Assembly: GCA_035084275.1 (NCBI GenBank)
Contig: CM068746.1
Location: 23,746,001-23,810,000, forward strand
Reading direction: 5' to 3'
DNA length: 64,000 nt
Source of the DNA: Hydrolagus colliei
Lineage: Eukaryota
Shown here: in pieces, positions 15,001-27,000 of the stretch
Layout of the letters: each line of letters begins with the position of its first letter
Numbering within the stretch: position 1 is the stretch's first letter
Translations under genes and position numbers: made by a program
Notes under the pieces: model-generated
The model's database searches: none
Told to the model about the DNA's origin: nothing
The model's input: the letters and a program-made list of their open reading frames with translations, nothing else

Positions 15001-18000
15001 TCCTGTGTCCACTATATGGAAACCAAGCTTGGTGAATGGGAGCCGAGCATGTCTAGAGTTCACCGTTGTCTAGAAACCAAAAGCTCAATCAGTAAATCTC
15101 TTTATAAAATGTTCAGTGCAAGCTCTACAATTACACATTTTTAACTATTTATGATCACAGATTGATGTACAGTGACTTTATTAAGCAACAACAGCCTTTT
15201 TGCACACAATTTGTTTACCTGTGGACTGAAGGGATGATCCAAAGAAAAATATTCTGTGTTCACTTATAAAACCCAAGCTCATTTCAGAATAAGAGTGCCA
15301 TTTACTGCCCCCATCAGAACTTTTGTTGGGGGCTGTGGCTCTAGGAACTTGGCTGAGATGACACTAAACTCATTTCACATAGATCTTAACTGTCAGCGAA
15401 AAAAGAAGAGGGTTTCAATTTACAGTCTATTTGGATTTATCTCGGAGTGCCTACGTCTCACACCCACCTATAAAAACCTGCCGTACGACTATTGCTTCAA
15501 CTGAATCCTATCATCCATCCTTTCCTCCTCTCCCACTCTCCCAGCTGTGTGAATTGTTTTAAGACATCATCCTGACCTAAAATGAGCTATTGTGAATGTA
15601 AACTGCCATTGTCTATTTCTTTCTATGAAATTAGTCAATTAGTACTTTCTAATGTGTTGTTATTTATTAACTTGAGCATTGGCCAGATAATTTTGGGTGC
15701 TTGATCAAAAATTATAATGGTCACTCCACTTTACAGTGCTATGAAGCACTTTCTGCCATTCGCCCAATGCAAAACGTGCTATATCAATTGCAAGGATTAT
15801 TATTGTTAAATTAGGTTCATTGTGTCACCAAAGATTATTGGGAATAGAATAGCAGCGACTGCTCCCTAACATAATGGAATCACTCTTAAAAGTGGCACTC
15901 ACCGTTCTTTCCAGTCGATTGATCAGAACTTTGTGGGTTCGTGAAGTTATGTTCAGCTTTTTAAAGCACAATCCAGAATTACCTCCAGGCACCTCAACAG
16001 CAAAAGCAATGATAGTAAATAACTAATTTCACCCAAAATGGTTGCTTTAGCTTAACTAAAGCTTTCAAACAAATAAAAATAAAGTCAATGGGTACTTACA
16101 GGGCGCCTTATCGAATTTGCACTCTGCAATTACAAAAATGGGGATGTTATAATCCAGTAATGATGTTATTTTGTCAGATATAATAAAAAATATACTTTAA
16201 AATACTGTTCTTTAATCATCTTTAAACATTTTCATAAGATGGTTAAATATGTAAATACAGTGTAACATCCATATTGCTGAAAATAATTATATATTAATGT
16301 ATGCAATAATGTATACATGAATAATTTATAAAATTTTAACCAGTGAGTCAGAGGTAATTTAACTTGTGTGCTTTGAAGGAATTGCCCAAATTTCACTTTG
16401 TCATCATTTTTTTTTGCTTATTTCTTTCTCGTTTCATGGAAAAGCTATAAATTACCTCGCGTGTGGAGCACTGTTCAATGTGAGCAACAATAGTTTCTTG
16501 TGGCAACAGGGTCAGTACATAGGCTGCAGCATCATACACTCCCACATCATTGCCGTCAAATGTGATTATGTGCAGGTCAGAAAACATTGAACAGCGACCT
16601 GATGTGATGTAAAACAATAAAGATTGTATCAGATTGTGTTATATAACACATTGAAATGATTGGGAACTACAGTACTTCACATATTCTGACAATATTCTCC
16701 AAATCACAAAAATGAAAACAATATATGTGCATCACATTGCCTGCATATACTATCAAGTTAAATATCTCAATAACACTACTGTTAAACCAACTATTAAAAC
16801 AGGTATACTACAAGAATGTTAAGGTGGCGTGGTAAAAAAACAGATTTTACTTAGTACTTTATATTTGGAGAGAAGAAAACCATTATTGGGATCACTTGTG
16901 ACAAATTCATGAGGATATGTGCTCTCCAAACACTTCACGTTGCCACTGCTACAGAAACTGTAGACTTAAAGCAAGGAAGGGGGAAGGCTGTTAAAGACAG
17001 AAGATAAAGACCGATGAGGAAACACAACAAACAAAGTTACAGGATTGAGAAATAAAGTGGAGAATCAGATAGTAAGGAGATCTGAGACAGTACAGCAAGA
17101 CAGTGAACTGAGAAGGAAACAGAACTCAAGACAAGTACACAAGACAAGTGAAAAACTCAATCAGTAAGAGGTTTGTCCATGTCTATCGTTGGTGCTCTGC
17201 CATTTCAAAGTAGGTATCACATTTTAGAACAATGGTACAATAGTATTAACCATCCGCTTGTTGTGAAGTAGTACGAGAACCTAAATGTAACACCCAAACT
17301 CACATGGGCATTCCCACCGAGGACAGCACTTGTCATTGTTTACTTGGAGAGGCATCCCCAGAAAGCCGCAGCTTGGCTGTGTCACATTAAAAGCACACTG
17401 CAAAGAAATGATACAAAACAAATGCATCAGAACACGCAAACATGCAATAGTACTGCACTTACTCATAAAATTGATCATCTATGGCTATTTGTGGGACCTT
17501 GTTGCATGCAAATTGGCTGCCACATTAGCCTACAAATACACAATCACTACAGTTCACAGTAAAATTGTGTGAAGTGCTTTGAGATATTATGATGACAATA
17601 GATCGTCTACAATACACAATGAATATTTTTTATTATTAATATTTTCCACCAACTAAAAACAACAAAATTGTGAAATAAATTATTGGATTATATATTCAAC
17701 CTGTCGCAATGCCTGTCTTAAATCCTGGTCAAAGAGTGAGTGACATTGCTAGCAGAATTGGAATAATCTGCAGTCCAGAGAGTCTTAACCTGTTAAAGTA
17801 TTAATAATATTATCATTAGATAATAATAATCCTTCAATTTGAATTTCATATATTGCTTTCACTTTAAGGGACATCTCAAAGTGCTTCACGGGATATACTG
17901 TAAAGTGTAATAATCGTGTATTTTGTGGGGGAACACAGCAGCCAATCTGAATACAGCAATGTCCCACAGACAGTCTTTTAAGTAAAATTCCAAGTTTATT

Positions 18001-21000
18001 TGGGGATATTGGCTAGGACGCTGGGAGAAATTCTCTTCTTTTTGAATTGTGGCAAGGGCTTGAACCCACAACCTTCTGATTCAGAGATAAGAGTGCTACC
18101 AACTAAGCCAGGTAGACATAGACTAATGATAGATAGCAATAATAACATCAAGGAAGAAACATGAAATATGACGTCTTTTCATAAGCTCTATGGCAGTCAA
18201 TAGCCATAATGTACAGGTGTTTTAAAAGTTTTAAAATAAATTACGATCACATGTTGTCTTCAAAGTTACACATTCTTTCTAAATAAACAAATGTTCATAC
18301 TATGCACTGCGGGGCAGAGAGTGTTGCTGAAGATGCTGCGGTTTGAGAATCAGAGAGTGTAACTGAGGTGTCAAAAGGAATTGCACTTTCTGGTTGAGCA
18401 GCCGTTGGAGCCTCAGAAGTGGGAGAAATCAGAGTGGGAGGAAAAGGCGAAGGTATCTCAGGGATAACTGTTCTATTAGATGAGGAAGTCAAATTAGCTG
18501 GTGTGGAGGACGTTGCTGTGGAGATTGCTGCTGGTGTGGCTTTCTCCTCAAAAGTTGTGGCTGAAGTAGAACTAGCTGTGAGTGGTACAGGATACATGGT
18601 GGGTTCTGGTGTAGGTGCCACTGTCAAAGATGTGGCAAATTCAGTTGGCTTCGCTGTCGCATCAGTGCCACTTATCTGGGGAGTCAAAGAAGCACTGGTT
18701 GATGTGAAGAAAAGTCCAGGTGAAGCTACGAACGGCGCTCTGGTGTGCCAAGTGTCCTGTGACTCTTTGGATCCTGCTGCAGTTGCAATTGTCGACTCTG
18801 TTAGTTTAGTGAGCGTTGTCCTCAGCTCGGTGAATAGCTTTGCAGGTTTGGTAGTTGCCACAGTTGTCCGTTTCACTGCTGCGGATTCTACACTTCCAGG
18901 GGAGGTGTCATACCTTGACTGCACGACCTGTGCTGTAGTTACCAACTGGGTTACAGTGAAAGGTTGTCCAACAGTCACTGATACAGTTTTGTGTGGACTA
19001 GCAGATGATGTGTCAAAATGTGGGCTCTGTGAGGAGTAGCCAGTGGCTTCAGGTCTTTTGGTAATTGCTGTTGTTGAAAAAGCACTGCGTGAAGCAGTAA
19101 CTGAGGGAGAGAGTGTTTCTTGAGTTGCAGAAATGGGAGTAATTCCAACAGTAGTTGTGGTGGTGAGCAGAGGTACAGCGGGTGTTGTCAGAGTTGATGT
19201 TATATTAGCTGTTGCGAGAGATGTAGTGGAGCCGGTGACTTCTGTTGTTAATGCACTCGAAGGAAACTGGCGGGAACCTGTGGTGACAGCAGTAATTGTG
19301 GTCCTGGCTGAGGATGCTGTAGATGCCAGAGGAGTAGTCAGTTGGGGTAACAAAGTTGTCCTAGCTGGCGATAATGTTGTGGATTTTTCTGTCACCCGTA
19401 ATGTTGTTGGAGTCACTGACATAGCAGGAGGACTGTCTGCTGCTTCTGTTGCAATGGATGTTTTACCAGGTGTTGGAAGATAAGGTAATTCTGTAGCAGT
19501 TATGTTGATACCTACAATAAAGTATGCAGTCAATGAATGATTTATTTTGCATCATGCTTATCAGTATTATCATTTTTTCCTGTTAAACCCACTAAATGGG
19601 CCATTATTGTTTCTCTTTCCAATTTTATTGGGATGTTTCCCTCTATTGGTTGTACTGGTGCAGCTCTCCCTGTGTTTGCTCACTCAGGTGGCCATTTTAA
19701 TTGTGAGCCTTGAGTGTACCTCACAGCTAATCCAAGTTGCATTCTCCCTAAAAGGTCACTCGGTTGTGATTAGGAGGAGCCATACTATATTTTTATCCCT
19801 TAACCAGAAGCACTAAGCTCAATTGTACTGCCCGGGGTTGAGATCAGCAATCTCATCACTGACTAGGAACAAACCTGGAATCTCCTGCCCTGTAGGTTAA
19901 TATAAAATCTACACATTGTTAAATCAAAAAGCTGAAAATTGTTGTTCTTTTGCAAATAAGGAACATAATTCTAATGGTTTATTCCCTTAATGTAGCCAAC
20001 CTGTTTCTTGTTAGCTATACAGTAGTACTTTTTAACCTGATTTCTAGGGATCTGTTTAGGTATGGAACAAGACCATAAATACTCTTAAGTATTTCTTAAT
20101 TCTGTCGAATTTTTCTTTCATATTAATTAACAGACCAGAATACCCAGCATTTCAAATTGAATAAAAGCAACTGACAACTTCTTAGGCAATTCAGTCTTGA
20201 TGGATGGAGTACAGTAAGTGCCATTTTCTGGCTCAAAGATAAGGGGAAACTGAAATTAAAGTATAATTTTGCTGATCGGCAGGATAACAGTCTAATGAAT
20301 ATTAGGTACAGTACTATCACTGGCAGATACTCTCCAGCTGTCGCTTCCCTCATCTTAGTCAGCAACAGAAAATACAAAAGGATTTAAAGGAAAAGACACT
20401 CACAGTCCTCTGGATGAACACATCTACGAGTGACTTCATCAAGAAGCATGAGCTTTGGACAATGTGCCATGCAGCCCTCTACTCTACGTGAGAAAAAGAG
20501 AGGAAAAACATAAGATATATTAACATATTATGTTAATATAACATAAGATATATTAAGGTTTGCTTCTCTCCTGGAATTCACATCCTTCCAGCTTATTTGA
20601 AAATCTCTCTGATCTAGAGTTTGCCTGCAACTGAGAGGACAGGCAGGAGTCCATCTGCTCCCAGCCAATGCTGACGGTGTTATGATCCAGTCAAAAGGAG
20701 AATAATAAACAATAATCACCTTTGACGTTCACATTGGGAAGATGCTTTAAAGTTTGTTACAGTATTTTCTGTAAAGTGTAGTGATTGTGTACTTATAGGT
20801 GAACACAGTAGTCAATTTGTACACAGCAATGTCCCAAAAAGCCATGGGGTGAGTGACCAATTTTATCTAGAGGATTGTTTGCAAGGACACTTGGGAGAAG
20901 CTCCCTTCAATAACTGGCTCTGGGACAACTATGGTGCTGATTTTCCTTCTCTCCCTGCTATGGTCAGGCACCTGCTTCACAGAAGTGAGGATTATTGGGA

Positions 21001-24000
21001 ACTCATTAGAATAGGAGGTTGGAGCGGAGTTCTAGTGCAGTTTGAACCCACAATCACCGGACTCAAAGGCAAAAGTGCTCGGCTGACACAAGGTAGTATG
21101 TGAAGAATAGACCAGAGCCATAATCTGAATCCCAGCTTTAACTATCGCCCAAATTCACTCCTAAAGTGAATAAAAAAGCTAGGCTATCAGTTGAAGTTCC
21201 TCATGGTAACAAAGGGTGCCACCCAGTGGGTCCAAAGGGCAATGACAAGTTAACAAGGCTAGTCATGAATGTGGGACCACTCACATATGCTGCTGACCCA
21301 CATTGACAGCAACAACAACAACAACAACAATTTACATTTATATAGCGCCTTTCACTTCGGGAGGACGTCCCAAGGCGCTAAACAAGGGGCGTGTGACCCG
21401 AGCTGGGAGGGGAGTGTTTGGGAAGGGGTGAAACGCGAAGGGGAGGTAAAAGAGTTCGGGGTGGAACAAAAGGCACGATCGAAGAGGAAAGTCTTCAAAT
21501 CGGCCTTGAAAGAGGAAAGGGAAGAGGCGAAACAGAGGGATTGAGGGATGGCATTCCATAAGGTGTGCAGCTGTGCAGAGATCCACAGCCTACGTTTTTT
21601 GTCCTCAGTCACCTTAAAGGAGCTGAAAAGAATGATGACATGTGATTTCTGGTTTGGGGCAGAGTGCACCGGCCAACAATCGCCATCATTATTCAATTCA
21701 ATTGAATTCAGTCATTCAATCCTACTACTGTACTTCTAGGATTTTGATGTGAGCGAATTGGCTGCCGTGTTTCCCCACAAATTACACAGTCACTACATTT
21801 CATATTACTGTATATCGTGGAATCCTGTAGCTCAGTAGTTGGACCACTGGCCTTGCAAGTGAGAGACCTGGGTTTGATTCCCGATAGGGCGAAATGTACA
21901 GGGACATCCTCCTGACGTGAAAGGTGCTATACAAATGCAAATTGTTGTTGTTTTTGACATTAGTAAGACACTCAGACACTTACAGTGGTAGAAACTTGCA
22001 TGCTGTACCATGGGGATCACTGCAGGTTTTGATGCACGGACTGGCACAGACCTCATGTCTAAATTCACACATTGTTCTGTATGGAATAACTGTGCTGCTT
22101 TCTGAAAGGAAGTAAATGGTTAAATATCCTATGTCCTCATGTAAAAAGAAAATAAAGACTGCTTAAAGGGAATGATAACTACTCAGCTTAGTTTCCAGTT
22201 TCCACCCATTCCAGTTTAGGCCTTGGCTCAAAGGGCATATCCATTTCTCATTGATAAGGCAGACAGGCTGGTTAACCATAAACAGTGCATTCCATTATTA
22301 TAGGCCTGCCTGGGGTTACCAGCCATGTTGCATTTGACCTCATCTCTCCAGAATACCAACCCTTTTGTCTTTTCATTGCAACATTAAATTGATTTGCATT
22401 GTGTAATAGGCTGAGAATATCTAATCTGTCAAAGATGAAGCATTCATTATTTCGCCCTTTTGGAAAAAAATAATGGTTGTCCTGCAACAAAAGGGTGAGG
22501 ATGTGCAATATCCTTTCTGACAAAGAGCTTGAGTACAACACATCATGATAAGAAATGGTTGGTACACTACACACTCTGCCTCAAATATGCAACTATATAC
22601 ATTGAACCAATTGTTTTTCTTATATAAAGATTATCTACAGACAATAACAATAGCAACTTGCATTTACATAGGGCACTTCATGTGGCATAGCATATTGTAG
22701 TGTTTGTAATATTTTTAAAAAACTTATATTGTGATTAAAAATTTCTGCTCTCAACGATTGTGATAACAATTTCCCCTCAACAAAAATGGAAGGGATTCAG
22801 CTGCCAACAAATTCTGTTTGCTCTGGTAGTACTTTGCAGATCTCGTACTTTACGACTGTAATGTTACACATTTAAATTAATCATTTACAAGTGCCTGGAG
22901 TCTGAGGAAATGATCCTTGTCTGTATCTCGTCTGTATCAAATTGGCTGGGATTTGCCACTGGTTCGAATGATCCACAAAAACGTGTCAAGAAATATTTCT
23001 ACATTCACGTCAAAAATATTTGTACCTCATCTCATTACGGTTTTTCAGATCTCGTGATACATTCTGTTCAATTGCTTCTCAGGTAAAGTTTACCTGAATT
23101 ATCTGATTTGGTTATTTTCAAACTCAAATTGGATAAACAATAAAATACAAAAATAAATGTCCCTAAAGCATGAAGGATGTTGGAGCCACGACAAGACATT
23201 CAGATAATATCCAAACCACAACAATGGTAATAATATATTCCTTGCATTTGATGTAGCGCTTTTCACGTCTTCTAGACATCTTAAAACCCTTCACAGAATA
23301 TACTGTTAATTGAATTGACTGTATATATGTGGGCAAAATGCGGCAGCCAATTGCACACAGCAATGTCCTACAAATAGTCGTGGATATAAGTGACAATTTT
23401 TTTTGGAAGGATGTTGAGTAAGGAAGTGTTGACATGTTGAGTTAAGGAAACTTGCCCAAGGTTTCGCCTTGCCTGGAATTGAACCCAGGTCTCAACCCAG
23501 ATTCGAACCTAGATTTGCTTTTTAGGCACGCGTTCTAACCATTGAGCTACAGGACACCACAATTTCCATTTATACAGCGCTTTTCAGGGATGGGGGGGCA
23601 AAAGATGATTGAAAGTGCAGTCAAAGAAACTGCAAAACTACAAGAGCAAAATAGCATGATCAAATTTGATGATCGCATCGTCATCTGAATCCTGAGATTA
23701 AATCATAGTTTGGGATTTACTTTTAAGGAAGGGTTCTGTGCTGTTTCAATTGTGCGTCCAGGCCTTAATTCCACTATTTTTTGTGCCAGTAGCAGCTGTC
23801 AGTGCACTCCATGACCTTGATAATGTTTTCTCGGGGCAGGTTCATATTTCATGATGGTTTTACTGTAGTCTAGCAGAAAATACTGCGCAGCTGACTGTTG
23901 GAAGCTTCTACATCCAGAGTTTACAACATGGAAAATACATTGTTAGATTTTATCTACTTTTACCCATGACATGGATTTGCCACATAATGTACTATCCAAT

Positions 24001-27000
24001 GGCTTTCACTGGAATGGGCAACACCAAAATAAATCAAACTAAAGGGGGAATTTACTTGTTATATTTTTTGCTACGGTCCATGAATGTTGCTACAATTCAC
24101 AAAGGGTTAATATAACAGTTCACAGCACAAAGCAAGGAAGAGCAAACTCAAAAATCTACATTTGTTTTGTTCTTTCAGCTGTTTGCTTGCAGGAATGAAA
24201 TCTGTCCATCGATGACCTCCAGCACAGTATGCACTGCCAATATAGTCCAGAAAAGGGCAGAGGTAACCCAACACCATGGAAATGTCGCAAGACTCTTTGT
24301 TCATCACATTATCGTTACTCCACACAAGAATTCATGTATAATCTATGAGCCCAGCAGGTGAGAATCTGACTGCATCTGATGGTGGTAAAATTTTACAGCT
24401 TCTTGTTAATGTAATGCTATTTTAGTATTTAGTGGATTATGGGATACTTGCTGTGTGCAAATTGACTGCTATATTCTCCTAAAAAATACACAGTCACTAC
24501 ACTTTATACATCTTATGAAGTGCTCTGAGATGTCCTCATGACATGAAGGCGTTATATCATATGCAAGGATTTTTAATAATAAGGTTCATCATTAAGGAGG
24601 ATTATTATAAATAAGGATTGTTATTAATAGTATATTAATATTAATTAATATATGCAATGTTGTCCAAATCCACCATTACCTTACCCCTAAGGCCACTGAA
24701 ACCCTTATTCATGCCTTCATCACATCCTGTCTTTTCTATGCAAACGCCCTGCTTGTCAGCCTTTCCAATTCCTCTCTCCACAGGTTGCAGATAATCCAGA
24801 ACTTTGCAGCCCGTGTCCTCTACCGCTCCATGCTTTGTGACCCCATCTCCCCCATCCTCGTTAGACTCTATTGGCTCCCCATCATCCAGAGGATCCAATT
24901 CAAGATCCTGGTCATCACATTCAAAGCCCTCATCCCACCTTACAACTGCAACCTCCTAATGCCCTACCAACCTGCCTTCCCACTCTGTTCAGCAGGCTCC
25001 GGCCTGCTACACATCCCTTGATGCACCTACCCATCCACAGACGAGCCTTCAGCCACTCTGCCCCAAACCTCTGGAACTCCAACCTGCAGTCCCTCTGCCT
25101 CACTCCCTCCCTGGCCTCTTTCAAATCTCGGCTCAAGACCCTCCTCTTCGACGGTCCCATCAGTCACCCCAAATAACCCCCTTTCCCAGCACCCTCCATG
25201 TCCCTGACCCCAACTCGGATCTAAAACAATGACTATCCAGTGTCTTGGGACGTCCTCCTGTCGTGAAAACAAGTGTAATTTTGTTGTTGATATTATCACA
25301 ATTAATTTTTATTATTACTGCTCCTATGGGATAAAAGAAATCTAGAACAATAGGAATATGTCAGATTCTAGATTTTAAAACTATTCTCTCCTTAATATAT
25401 TAAGGCAGTTTAAAATGGGACACACTAAAATGTTACAAAATTACACCAAAAGCTACGTTGTGATTATATCATTTGCCCACATCTTTTGATTAGGTAAATG
25501 ATGAACCTTTACCACTGGTCAGTAACAAGATCTTAAACTGAAGATTATCACCAAAACTTTTTTTAAATACACACACACATACACAGAGGGTTGTTGCATC
25601 GGAATGCATCAGGACTGATACATTGAGCCAAATAGCCTCCTTCTGTGCTACAAATGTTCCAAGATCCCATGTGGATCAGTGCACTCACTGGCATGATTGA
25701 TTGAAATTGGTTATTTGGGGAATGCAACAGTATACATAGCAGTCAAGCCCACTGTTGTTAAGATCCACAACATTGCATGGCGCAGTATCATTTGCATTAG
25801 CATATGTGCAGCTTATTTTTCTTACTATAAAATATAAACTTTCAGAAACAGAGGCCAAAATATTTTTCTTATCCCAATATATAGGCAGCTGTGCCAGTTA
25901 GCAGATACGATTACAAGCAACTTCCGTGAACAGCACAACCTTTTCACCCTTTAGAGTATTAGCTGACTCTTGCTATGCAGAGGGTCATGAGTAAAATTCA
26001 AGAGCCGAGTCTACACAGCAGAGCAGCCTTGAAGAGAGAGCATTGTTCAGAAAAATTCTAGCTGCCTCGGTTTCAAAGCTTTAGTTTCACCTCAATCCTT
26101 CTTACTCTCCTTTTACATTCCAGCACTTCAGGATTAGGTAGTTTCAATTGTACCATGGAAAATAACCTAACTCGACGGCTAATCAAAGCTTGGCATTTGC
26201 ATCAGGGAGCCCAGGGGCCCATGCTATCCTTTCTATGGCAATATCTAATTACCATATGTTGAAGCCAACACTTTGGAGGCTTCATTACACTCCATGTGGA
26301 AATAACTGCTACGAATGCAGTTTGGCCAGAGAAAAGCATGGGTAACAAATTATCCATCACACAGTTTCTGCAGCAGCCCGGCATGTTTCCCACAGAGATG
26401 GAATGAAATGGGAATCCGAAGCGGTTCTGCTCTTGGCAACGGCATTCAAGCGCTTCAGCTGGAGCAGCACACAAACTGTTTATCATTATTTTTACATACT
26501 GCAAGTCACAATTAAAACACATGTTCTCTCGAGCCAAACCTGAAGTTCTGTTTTATCAGAATGTTAGGAATCTCCAAGGCATCTAAAGCCAAGTAAAAGA
26601 AATGGCATGGCGTGGACTGTAATCTTTACTTCCAGTGAAAGCCCGATGACAACCATCTTGTGTAATTTTCTGTTTCTGATCTCACTGACATGGTATTTAT
26701 TATTGTAAGGAGGAAATTCTATCTAAGTAACATTTTCAAGGCCAGATCAACTTCATTTGCCAACAAGTAAAACTGATTTTAAAATATACAATTACTTGTT
26801 AAGTCCTCCATTTAGATGCTAAGAAGCATCATAAAAATTACATGCAAACTATATTATCAGATATGAATGTATGTCCAGTGTATTTGCTATTATAATAAAT
26901 AAAACTAACAATAACCTTGCAGTTTCTGGAACTGATTTCAACCTTGGCAATAACAAACATCTATTGAATGCCAACATTTGTAGCAAAGTGTCACAGTAGT

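Noticed and set aside
18419-19483. Plus-strand ORFs of 206 and 116 aa rich in Val/Gly/Ala
   Set aside because: Antisense shadow of the Thr/Ser/Pro codons of exon 36; no independent gene signals
21821-21895. tRNA gene
   Set aside because: Degenerate stems and direct fusion to an L2-type tail indicate a SINE head
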